A stretch of DNA of 64,000 nucleotides from a virus. Taxonomy: Duplodnaviria > Caudoviricetes. Within the stretch, counting starts at the first letter, position 1; each line of letters begins with the position of its first letter. The stretch lies in the IMG/VR virus record IMGVR_UViG_3300050123_000043, positions 1 through 64,000 of that record; one strand, written 5' to 3'. Below, piece by piece: positions 9,475-16,935 of the stretch. The notes under the pieces were generated by a model. The model had not been told where the DNA came from, ran no database searches, and saw only the letters and a program-made list of their open reading frames with translations. Both the position numbers and the translations under genes were made by a program.

Positions 9475-9738
9475 ATGAACTTTGCAAAACTCTTCTCTAT
9501 TGATGACGATACCCAGGTGCTTGTTAGGCTCGAAGATGGGTTTGATGAAACCACCGGAGAAGAAATTACAAACGTTACTCAAACAACTGAGTACAACGGA
9601 GTTACAATGGAATGTTCTAAAGGATTCCTGGAAGTAAAAGACGCTGAAGAATATTTTAAAAAGTTCTCCCTGGCTCTTGCCATTACTTTTCATGAGGATG
9701 CCCGGAAGGTTATTTTCGATATGGTGGAGGAAGGCTGA
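9475..9738 (+). CDS. Hypothetical protein
   Basis: ORF in plus-strand run. Confidence 0.6.
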   Translation: MNFAKLFSIDDDTQVLVRLEDGFDETTGEEITNVTQTTEYNGVTMECSKGFLEVKDAEEYFKKFSLALAITFHEDARKVIFDMVEEG

Positions 9739-9788
9739 TTTGGAATTGTGAAGGTTTTGTTATAATTTTATAACAAACTTTTATACCT

Positions 9789-9980
9789 ATGCCTGAATTA
9801 ACCTATGCCTTTCAAATCCTCACTGCAACTGATCTGATGGTCCTTCAAGATGATATGAATGACTTGGGTATCTGTGGATACACAGCGGTTGGGGGAGTGA
9901 CCTATTCCTTCTTTGATCCAAGCAGCCCTAGTGGATTTACCTACGTCCAGGTTATGAAATTAATAATAAAGAACTTTTAA
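9789..9980 (+). CDS. Small hypothetical protein (DUF1737-like pattern)
   Basis: L..DMN..G...GGV...YVQVM pattern. Confidence 0.45.
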   Translation: MPELTYAFQILTATDLMVLQDDMNDLGICGYTAVGGVTYSFFDPSSPSGFTYVQVMKLIIKNF

Positions 9981-10015
9981 CTTTTTGTTAACTTTAGATT
10001 ACCTATATTCGCATT

Positions 10016-10234
10016 ATGAATACTGAGAACTTAGACCGACCCATCGGTCCCCAAACACTACCAGGCACCCTTTCACCCAAGGCTGAATGCTTCATTCAAT
10101 TTGATAAGGATAGTCCTATTAAAATCTTTGAGGGGAGAGGAGACGTAAGATTCGATATATATCCAGGAGGAGAAATAAGTTGGGAGGATGGGAAGGGGAA
10201 GACATTTAGAATTTTTTTAAAAAAGAAGACATGA
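10016..10234 (+). CDS. Hypothetical protein
   Basis: ORF coupled to the next gene by ATGA overlap. Confidence 0.55.
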   Translation: MNTENLDRPIGPQTLPGTLSPKAECFIQFDKDSPIKIFEGRGDVRFDIYPGGEISWEDGKGKTFRIFLKKKT

Positions 10235-10707
10235 CAAAAATAAAACCAGACGGCACCGAAACCAAACCCTTCGTTAGCCATCCCCCCGGATCAAATGTAA
10301 CCTTAAATATTCCAAAAGGCCCTAACGGTTCAAATACAACAAATGTTGCAAGTGATCCCTCTAATTTGAAAGCCTTATTAAAACCTGATGTGCTTTTTTC
10401 TGATGAAGCTGGACAATTTGCAATAAATAAAAAAACTCTTAACACTGTTTTTAAAGATCCAGGTGAAATATTTAGAGCAAAATTTAAAAAAGAAAACTTG
10501 TATATCCTTAAAAGATTGGGTTTTGAAGAAAGAGAGAACTCCAGGTGGTATCATCCTGTTCTTGGAGAAGACTGGCAACACAACTGGCTTTGGTTTAATA
10601 TTGAAACTACAGATCCTGAATCTATAACTGCAATGCTTTATAAGACAGGGTTTGTTACGGGACAAGGATATATTCGCAGAGGTATTAAAAAATTACTTGA
10701 TCTTTAA
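10231..10707 (+). CDS. Hypothetical protein
   Basis: 158-aa ORF. Confidence 0.6.
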   Translation: MTKIKPDGTETKPFVSHPPGSNVTLNIPKGPNGSNTTNVASDPSNLKALLKPDVLFSDEAGQFAINKKTLNTVFKDPGEIFRAKFKKENLYILKRLGFEERENSRWYHPVLGEDWQHNWLWFNIETTDPESITAMLYKTGFVTGQGYIRRGIKKLLDL

Positions 10708-10720
10708 AAACAACAATTAT

Positions 10721-11047
10721 ATGTATAATTTTTTAAAAGCAACACTTGATAGTGTTAACCAGTTGAGTCCCAAACCAGAAGAGTATTTTATAACTACTAT
10801 AAAAGGAACCGAACACCTTCCATTGGCTGTTGTAAATTCAGAAGGTAAACAAGGGGTTCAATTTAATCTTTATAATGAAAATGGAATCTATATAGGATTT
10901 AAAACATTCTTTTTTAGTACTTTAATTAGCATAGAACATTATAAATCATTTCCTGTTAAACCCGAATCTTTTTTAGCTAAGGACACTCCAACAACCCTGG
11001 AACAACTCGTTAAAGGATGCGTAGATAGAAAATCTAACGGATTATAA
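10721..11047 (+). CDS. Hypothetical protein
   Basis: Start trimmed to MYNFLK. Confidence 0.55.
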   Translation: MYNFLKATLDSVNQLSPKPEEYFITTIKGTEHLPLAVVNSEGKQGVQFNLYNENGIYIGFKTFFFSTLISIEHYKSFPVKPESFLAKDTPTTLEQLVKGCVDRKSNGL

Positions 11048-11056
11048 ATCAATTAT

Positions 11057-11272
11057 ATGGCAGCTAAAAAAGAAACTAGAAAATCATTTTGTATTACGGC
11101 TAAAATTAGTATCACCACATGTATTGAAGTTTATGCTAATACTTTTACTGAAGCTGTAGATTTATCAAGAGGTTTAAGCATAGAGAATTTTGTTGAAGTC
11201 ATTGGAGATCAGATTGATAGTGACTTCGGTATAGAAGGTATTTCTGCTTTTCCTAACACAGCAACTCTTTAA
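11057..11272 (+). CDS. Hypothetical protein
   Basis: ORF in run. Confidence 0.55.
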   Translation: MAAKKETRKSFCITAKISITTCIEVYANTFTEAVDLSRGLSIENFVEVIGDQIDSDFGIEGISAFPNTATL

Positions 11273-11437
11273 TTATGTACGAAGATTTATTAAAGGACCC
11301 TCCCGACACTGAGGAGGACATTCCAGACATTCTTCAACCCCCAGGCCCCGGAGTTCCGGTAGCCGGTCTGTGCTTTGCTGAAAGATTATAACAAAACTCA
11401 GTGATAATTATCATTGGATTTTGTGATAAAAATAAAA

Positions 11438-11459
11438 TTATAACAAAATTTTGTTATAA
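11438..11459. promoter_or_regulatory. 22-bp palindromic operator-like site TTATAACAAAATTTTGTTATAA
   Basis: Perfect palindrome; copies or variants at 11386, 19348, 20304, 20344, 26063, 26085, 40783, 42231, 42302, 56364, 56427. Confidence 0.8.
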
Positions 11460-11461
11460 AA

Positions 11462-11493
11462 TTTGGTAGATTAAAAAATTCTTCTTAGGTTTG
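11462..11493 (+). promoter_or_regulatory. Bacteroidota sigma-A promoter upstream of tRNA block 1
   Basis: TTTG-N20-TAGGTTTG. Confidence 0.75.
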
Positions 11494-11511
11494 TAGTCTA
11501 AATGATTTTTT

Positions 11512-11637
11512 ATGGTAGTAGGTATAATAATTGGTTTCGTTGCTGGCTTTGTATTGGCATTTGGAATCTTTCATAATAACAAAGCTAAAGCTGATGCGCT
11601 TGTTACAACCGTAGAAGCTGAAGCAAAAAAAGTTTAA
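11512..11637 (+). CDS. Small single-TM protein (41 aa)
   Basis: MVVGIIIGFVAGFVLAFGIFHNNKAKADALVTTVEAEAKKV. Confidence 0.55.
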   Translation: MVVGIIIGFVAGFVLAFGIFHNNKAKADALVTTVEAEAKKV

Positions 11638-11668
11638 TCAAATGGGTGGAGACGCTTAAAATATTACA

Positions 11669-11764
11669 ATGCAACAATTTACAATGATAGTGGATAATAG
11701 AATTAATGCCGGAGGCAACGAGAAATCTGCCCCAGGGAATCTATTATTTGACACTAGAGGATAA
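11669..11764 (+). CDS. Attenuator leader peptide 1 (MQQFTMIVDNRINAGGNEKSAPGNLLFDTRG)
   Basis: Codons 6-19 encode only block-1 amino acids; overlaps the antiterminator arm. Confidence 0.75.
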   Translation: MQQFTMIVDNRINAGGNEKSAPGNLLFDTRG

Positions 11765-11783
11765 AAGTACATCAAATAATTTG

Positions 11784-11820
11784 AAACCCTGGGGCCAGAA
11801 AGCTCCGGGGTTTTTTGTTT
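11784..11820 (+). terminator. Attenuator terminator 1
   Basis: AAACCCTGGGGC-CAGAAA-GCTCCGGGGTTT plus U-tract; 5' arm also pairs with GCCCCAGGG at 11729-11737. Confidence 0.85.
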
Positions 11821-11825
11821 TATAT

Positions 11826-11898
11826 ACCCTTGTAGCAAACTGGCCGTAGGCAAGAGACTTTTAATCTCTGGGGTTTGGTTCGATTCCAAACGGGGGTA
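11826..11898 (+). tRNA. tRNA-Lys(TTT)
   Basis: Cloverleaf; AGAGA-CTTTTAA-TCTCT. Confidence 0.9.
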
Positions 11899-11925
11899 CT
11901 TTTTCAGTTTATAAGCTTAAAATCC

Positions 11926-11996
11926 TCCTCTGAAGCATTAAAGTGATGCTCCAGACTCTTAATCTGGAGAACTTGGATCGGTACCAGGCAGGGGAA
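11926..11996 (+). tRNA. tRNA-Lys(CTT)
   Basis: CCAGA-CTCTTAA-TCTGG; atypical T-loop ATCGGTA. Confidence 0.85.
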
Positions 11997-12041
11997 CAAA
12001 TGATAAAGATGCGGAGATTAAACCGGTTATTCTCCGCAAAC

Positions 12042-12113
12042 ACATCCTTAGCTCATCGGTAGAGTGGGGCTTTTACACGGCTTAGGTAGAGGGTTCAATT
12101 CCTTCAGGATGTA
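12042..12113 (+). tRNA. tRNA-Val(TAC)
   Basis: Acceptor ACATCCT/AGGATGT; loop TTTACAC; G-U-rich anticodon stem. Confidence 0.8.
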
Positions 12114-12169
12114 CATAATGACCGTCATAACGAACATTTTTAGGCGACAATGTTCGTTATAACAAACAT

Positions 12170-12240
12170 TTTCTCTTCGTTTAATGGAAGGACGACTCGC
12201 TTCTAACGAGTAGGCGGGGTTTCGACTACCTCAGAGAAAA
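12170..12240 (+). tRNA. tRNA-Arg(TCT)
   Basis: ACTCG-CTTCTAA-CGAGT. Confidence 0.85.
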
Positions 12241-12245
12241 CTTAA

Positions 12246-12316
12246 GGCTTGTTAGCTCAACGGCAGAGCGTCCGGTTGTTAACCGGTTGATAATTGTTCG
12301 ATTCAATTACTGGCCT
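12246..12316 (+). tRNA. tRNA-Asn(GTT)
   Basis: CCGG-TTGTTAA-CCGG. Confidence 0.85.
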
Positions 12317-12326
12317 CAAAAATTTA

Positions 12327-12358
12327 TTTGGATTTGACACATATTTATCCTATTTTTG
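12327..12358 (+). promoter_or_regulatory. Internal sigma-A promoter for the nuclease gene
   Basis: TTTG-N20-TATTTTTG. Confidence 0.7.
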
Positions 12359-12364
12359 TGTCAA

Positions 12365-13171
12365 ATGAAACTAAAATTCACAGAAGAAGGGCATTCGTAT
12401 GAGTCAATTCCAGCCGTTTCCTGGACTTCTGTGACTAAACTAGTAGAAAGCTACTGCAATCCTTTTGACGAGAAGGATCAAGCTCTGAGGAGTTCACAGA
12501 ATACGAAATCAAAGTGGTTTGGAATGGACCCAGTGGAGATTATCAAACTCTGGAAGGCTGAAAACCTTCGTTCCACTGATGCCGGAACCTGGGTCCACAA
12601 CAAATGGGAAAAAAATGTTAGCTCTTTAAAGCACAAAGAGTGGGAAGGGAAGAAATTAAAAGTTTTTCCTGGAAAATGGGAAGGAGAAACTAAAATTGCA
12701 CCAGCCCAGGAACTTGAAGAAGGGGTTTACTCTGAACATATTATATATAATGAAAATCTTCAGGTGTGTGGACAGGCTGATATTGTTAATGTTAGGGATG
12801 GTTTTGTAGATATTATTGATTATAAGACTAGTAAGGAGATTGAGGACCACTCTTATGGATTCAAGTATGGAAATGCGAGTATGATGTTGGAACCGGTGAA
12901 CCATTTAGAGGATTGCAACCTTTCTCATTATGTTCTTCAGCTTGGTATCTATATGAGGCTCATCCTGTTAAAGAATCCGGCTCTGAAACCTGGTAAACTG
13001 ATCCTCATTCATGTAAAAATGGATATTAATGAGCTTGATCAATATGGATTTCCTATCCTAAAAAGGACAAAAGAAAACGGATATAAAATTAAAAGAACAA
13101 AAAATTATAATATAAAATACATTGAGAATGAAGTTCGTAGTGTATTAAAAGATCATTATTTAAAATTGTAG
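12365..13171 (+). CDS. PD-(D/E)XK (Cas4/RecB-like) exonuclease
   Basis: SVT, GTWVH, CGQADIV, IIDYKT and YxLQLxxY motifs. Confidence 0.85.
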   Translation: MKLKFTEEGHSYESIPAVSWTSVTKLVESYCNPFDEKDQALRSSQNTKSKWFGMDPVEIIKLWKAENLRSTDAGTWVHNKWEKNVSSLKHKEWEGKKLKVFPGKWEGETKIAPAQELEEGVYSEHIIYNENLQVCGQADIVNVRDGFVDIIDYKTSKEIEDHSYGFKYGNASMMLEPVNHLEDCNLSHYVLQLGIYMRLILLKNPALKPGKLILIHVKMDINELDQYGFPILKRTKENGYKIKRTKNYNIKYIENEVRSVLKDHYLKL

Positions 13172-13316
13172 GGTGGCGAAATTGGTAGACGCAACCGCTT
13201 GTCTCGCGGTCGTGGATAAGGAAATAGATAGTAGATAGACGGTTGACCAGCAATGAATTAACTTCTTTTGTCTACTGTTGAATCCCCACTTAATGGTTCG
13301 ACTCCATTTTCTACAG
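13167..13316 (+). ncRNA. tRNA-like RNA (GTC anticodon) with an ~80-nt structured variable-arm insertion
   Basis: Acceptor TGTAGGG/TTCTACA, class-II-type D arm, ACCGC-TTGTCTC-GCGGT, T arm AATGG-TTCGACT-CCATT. Confidence 0.75.
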
Positions 13317-13322
13317 CTATAT

Positions 13323-13396
13323 TGCGGGATAGAGAAGTGGTCTATCTCAAGGGTCTCATAAGCCCTACATCGTCAGTTCGAATCTGGCTCCCGCAA
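13323..13396 (+). tRNA. tRNA-Met(CAT), initiator-like acceptor
   Basis: TGCGGGA/TCCCGCA; AGGGT-CTCATAA-GCCCT. Confidence 0.85.
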
Positions 13397-13401
13397 CTTT
13401 T

Positions 13402-13472
13402 GCGCCATACGCATTCCGGTAGTGTGCCTGGCTTCCAACCAGGATGAGTCGGTTCGATTCCGACATGACGCA
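13402..13472 (+). tRNA. tRNA-Gly(TCC)
   Basis: CCTGG-CTTCCAA-CCAGG. Confidence 0.85.
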
Positions 13473-13476
13473 CTAA

Positions 13477-13548
13477 GGGAGAAATGCGAGTTCGATTCTC
13501 GCTCTGTCGGCTTCGGCTGACGGATAGTCCAGTGGCTAAGACGCTCCC
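13477..13548 (+). ncRNA. Circularly permuted tRNA-like RNA (acceptor closed by UUCG, no anticodon loop)
   Basis: Order: GGGAG, T arm, TCTGTCGGC-TTCG-GCTGACGGA, D arm, CTCCC. Confidence 0.8.
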
Positions 13549-13555
13549 GTTTTTT

Positions 13556-13626
13556 GACGGGTTCTTATATTGGTAGTAATCTTGGCCTTCACCCAGGAAA
13601 AGACAGTTCGATTCTGTCACTCGTTA
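13556..13626 (+). tRNA. tRNA-Glu(TTC)
   Basis: CTTGG-CCTTCAC-CCAGG (C33). Confidence 0.8.
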
Positions 13627-13632
13627 CACTTT

Positions 13633-13707
13633 CGGAGATCGGTCCGGCCAGGAACGGATGTCGCCTTGTCACGGCGAAGACCGTGGGTTCAAATCCCACA
13701 TTTCCGG
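13633..13707 (+). tRNA. tRNA-Asp(GTC)
   Basis: TCGCC-TTGTCAC-GGCGA; G73. Confidence 0.85.
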
Positions 13708-13833
13708 CAATCCAACTCTCACGCCATAATTTTATGGCGCACCAGGAGAATGAATGAAGTACGACATAGGCCCCCGTAGGTCATTCACGGTGTTTTTAAC
13801 AATTTCACAAGGTTACGAAAAATTGTTTTCTAT

Positions 13834-13911
13834 ATTGGGATAATTCAGTCTGGTCAGAATGCCTGGCTTATATCCAGGTAGTCATTGGTTCAAATCCAAT
13901 TCCCAATACCA
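13834..13911 (+). tRNA. tRNA-Ile(TAT) with encoded CCA
   Basis: CCTGG-CTTATAT-CCAGG; ATTGGGA/TCCCAAT-ACCA. Confidence 0.85.
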
Positions 13912-13979
13912 GTTCGTACAAAGGCACGAATTATTAAAAGATTCGTGCAAATACACAATTTGCAAATTGCGAATTGCAC

Positions 13980-14053
13980 TGACCTATGGCGCAGTTTGGT
14001 AGCGCAGCACTCTGATAAGGTGAAGGTCCCTGGTTCAAATCCAGGTGGGTCAA
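13980..14053 (+). tRNA. tRNA-Ile(GAT)
   Basis: Loop CTGATAA; canonical D and T arms. Confidence 0.9.
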
Positions 14054-14114
14054 CTCTGTTCATATTTTTTCTCTGTTCACGGAAACGCGAACACAGAGAA
14101 AATGTGAACAACCT

Positions 14115-14188
14115 GGGGCCGCATGTTCCGTAGTGGCGAGTCTCACTTGCAATGAGACTGTGATAGGGTGCAACTCCCTTGGGTTCCA
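14115..14188 (+). tRNA. tRNA-Ala(TGC), atypical D and T arms
   Basis: TCTCA-CTTGCAA-TGAGA; G3:U70 present. Confidence 0.75.
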
Positions 14189-14263
14189 CTTATTTTTTTC
14201 CCAAATTTGGAAATGTGAAAAATTTTCGCTATATTGAAATCTTCACATCCAAATTTAAATAAT

Positions 14264-14755
14264 ATGTTAAAGTCCCTCCTAGACAATCCAGAGAAGACCT
14301 TTTTTGGCAAGCTTAGAAACATTGGTTTTGTATTTGCACTGGAATTAATTTACTTAAGTATCATTATTTTTTTATTAAAACAGTTCGATCCTTTTGATTT
14401 AGATAATTTTATACATTCATATAGTTTGCCACATGTAATAGACGCTAATGCTATCGGAATGGTTTTCTTTGCTTGCGTTTGGGCACCCATCTGGGAAGAA
14501 GCGGCTTTCAGGTATGCTCCTATTACGATTGCCAAGAACTTTGGACCCCAATATTTGCTCCCGGTTATAATTATTAGCAGCGTTTTATTTGGTTGGGGAC
14601 ATGGAGATGGGCCTATTAGCCTTCTTATACAGGGAGTTGGGGGATTCTTGTTTTCCCTTCTTTATATCAAAAACGGGTTTAGCTATAAATCTTCAGTAGC
14701 TGCCCACTTCCTTTGGAACGCCTTTCTCATGCTTGCGCTTCCAGTAATAGTTTAA
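14264..14755 (+). CDS. CPBP (CAAX/Abi) family intramembrane metalloprotease
   Basis: APIWEEAAFR, FGWGH and AAHFLWN motifs. Confidence 0.85.
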   Translation: MLKSLLDNPEKTFFGKLRNIGFVFALELIYLSIIIFLLKQFDPFDLDNFIHSYSLPHVIDANAIGMVFFACVWAPIWEEAAFRYAPITIAKNFGPQYLLPVIIISSVLFGWGHGDGPISLLIQGVGGFLFSLLYIKNGFSYKSSVAAHFLWNAFLMLALPVIV

Positions 14756-14811
14756 AATTTATTTTGTAATATCAATTCTTTTAAGTACTTTAGGGTCATA
14801 ATTTAGTTATT

Positions 14812-15588
14812 ATGGCCCTAATTGCTATGGCGGTATATTCCACTGAGGAGAACGGAAAAAATGAATATCTGGATAGAACTCTTCAATCATTAGAAGAGAC
14901 TGTAGATTTTACAAAACATCGTTTAATTCTATCTGTTAATGCTTACACAGCAGAAACTCTTTTGATTTTCAGGAAATTTAAAGGAATGTTTACTCTTATT
15001 TTTAATGATTATAATTTAGGAACCGCTGAAGCAATTAATCTTGCCTGGAAAGATCAATGGCCGAATGAGAATCTTATCAAGATGGACGATGATGTGATTT
15101 TTCACGCTAATGGATGGGTTGATCGCATGGAAGAAGCGATTCAGAGAGATCCAACGATAGGTCAATGTGGTCTAAAAAGAAGAGATTGTACAGAAACCCC
15201 CTGGAACCCCGATCCCTTTTATAAATCAAAACTTGAAATGCTTCCTCACTCTCCCGGTGAAAAGTGGATTGTGGTAGAAGAAGTATCCCACGTTATGGGG
15301 ACTTGCGTTATGCATTCCTCCGCACTACTTGACAAAGTAGGATACCTTTATCAACCAAAACTTTATGGCTTTGATGATTCGTTCATGAGTCTTCGGTCCC
15401 GGATCGCGGGATTTAGGAATGTATTTTTGCCTGGTATAGATATTGAACATATTGATAGAGGAGATACTGGGTTCCAAAAATGGAAAGAGAAACATGCTGG
15501 AGAGTGTTGGCAAGAATATATGCAAGTGGTAAGAGATTATACATCAGGTAAAAAAAGTGTTTATTATAATCCATTCGAAAATGAATGA
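14812..15588 (+). CDS. Glycosyltransferase family 2
   Basis: NLGTAEAIN, KMDDD and YGFDD motifs (GT-A fold). Confidence 0.85.
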   Translation: MALIAMAVYSTEENGKNEYLDRTLQSLEETVDFTKHRLILSVNAYTAETLLIFRKFKGMFTLIFNDYNLGTAEAINLAWKDQWPNENLIKMDDDVIFHANGWVDRMEEAIQRDPTIGQCGLKRRDCTETPWNPDPFYKSKLEMLPHSPGEKWIVVEEVSHVMGTCVMHSSALLDKVGYLYQPKLYGFDDSFMSLRSRIAGFRNVFLPGIDIEHIDRGDTGFQKWKEKHAGECWQEYMQVVRDYTSGKKSVYYNPFENE

Positions 15589-16267
15589 TACAATAGTTCT
15601 TACTGCGATATATCATGAGTTTTGGGGAACGCATCACTTTAGAAAATCTGTTGAGAGGGTTGGTCTTGATGTCTATAATGTATTTCCTCCAGATGTTCCA
15701 TTTAAAGGAAATGGTTTTATTTATCAATACTTTTACAAAGCTTTTTTAGATCTTAAAGATAAATACAAAACAGTTATTTATTCGGATGGAGCAGATACAG
15801 TTTTTCAAAAAGCATTTGTACCACCAACCGATAGAATAATTTATTCTGTTGAAAAAGCAATATGGCCTCCTCTTCCGCATCTTAAAGATCTTTATGAAAA
15901 TTATTATAATAAACCTTGGCGTAGAAATGATTGGCCCTGGAAATATTTGAATGGTGGAAATTGGTGTGGTCCTGTTGATCTTCTAATTGAATTCTATGAA
16001 AGATACGGATTGAAAGATTTGACTGGAGATATAAATGGTCAGAAGGAACAAGCTGAAGCATTTATGAAAGCAGATGAAAATTTATTTCCTATTACCTTTG
16101 ATCTTCGTTGTGAATATTTTCAAACAACAGGTTTTGAAAACGTAGGGGATTTTAGTTTAGCAGAAGACAGAAAATCAATTATAAATAACTTAACAGGCAC
16201 CACCCCATGTGTCTTACACGGTAACGGTCGAACCGATATGGGTCCTATTTATGAACGCTGGAAATAA
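15581..16267 (+). CDS. PLOD/procollagen-glycosyltransferase-like GT domain protein
   Basis: YSDGADT, SVEKAIWP, YLNGG and HGNG motifs. Confidence 0.7.
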   Translation: MNDTIVLTAIYHEFWGTHHFRKSVERVGLDVYNVFPPDVPFKGNGFIYQYFYKAFLDLKDKYKTVIYSDGADTVFQKAFVPPTDRIIYSVEKAIWPPLPHLKDLYENYYNKPWRRNDWPWKYLNGGNWCGPVDLLIEFYERYGLKDLTGDINGQKEQAEAFMKADENLFPITFDLRCEYFQTTGFENVGDFSLAEDRKSIINNLTGTTPCVLHGNGRTDMGPIYERWK

Positions 16268-16931
16268 ACCAAACATTGTTATCATCGGTGGTGGTAATCA
16301 TGCTCAGTATTGTATTGACATTATTGAAAGAGAAGGCAAGTACAATATCATAGGGATTATTGATTCAATCAAAAACCTTGGAGATGATGTATTCGGATAT
16401 AAGGTTATTGGAAAACAAGAACACGTAAATTCTCTTTCAGATACTTATGGTTTTACGGCAGGTATAATTACAGTAGGAGATAACTGGGCAAGATATAAAA
16501 TATATTCAGATATTATTGAAACTTATCCCTCATTTACATTTGTAAACGCAATTCATCCTTCAGTAATAATAGGCAATAATGTAAAGATAGGTAAAGGAGT
16601 AATAGCAATGGCGGGTGTAATATTTAATCCTGGAGCAAATATTGGAGATTTTACTTTCTTTGCAACAGGTGCTCAAGTGGAACATGATTGTTATATTGGA
16701 GATTTCGCAAGTATATCCGCAGGATCTGTTCTTGGTGGTCATGTTCATATAGGAGACTTTGCTGCTATTACTCTAGGAGTAACAATAGTTGATCGCGTTA
16801 CCATTGGAAAAAATACAGTAATTGGATCAGGATCTCTTGTAACAAAAGATATACCAGACAATGTTTTGGCTTATGGAAGTCCTGCGAAAATAATAAGAAC
16901 AAGAGAACCAGGCGAAAGATTTTTAAAATAA
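16251..16931 (+). CDS. NeuD/PglD-family sugar acetyltransferase
   Basis: IIGGGNHA, hexapeptide repeats, VEHDC, GSPAK. Confidence 0.9.
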   Translation: MNAGNKPNIVIIGGGNHAQYCIDIIEREGKYNIIGIIDSIKNLGDDVFGYKVIGKQEHVNSLSDTYGFTAGIITVGDNWARYKIYSDIIETYPSFTFVNAIHPSVIIGNNVKIGKGVIAMAGVIFNPGANIGDFTFFATGAQVEHDCYIGDFASISAGSVLGGHVHIGDFAAITLGVTIVDRVTIGKNTVIGSGSLVTKDIPDNVLAYGSPAKIIRTREPGERFLK

Positions 16932-16935
16932 TAAC

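Noticed and set aside
11669-11820. T-box riboswitch explanation for the terminators upstream of tRNA blocks
   Set aside because: No T-box UGGNACC bulge or Stem I seen; codon-matched ORFs explain them better
12365-13171. Cas4 as part of a CRISPR system
   Set aside because: No array or other cas genes; stand-alone phage PD-(D/E)XK nuclease
13167-13316. tmRNA or intron-containing tRNA
   Set aside because: Too short, has an anticodon arm, no G3:U70 or tag ORF, and the insert is in the variable arm
13342-14189. Short ORFs across tRNA block 1 (likewise 11656-11889, 18357-18569, 19733-19936)
   Set aside because: Chance ORFs over GC-richer tRNA genes
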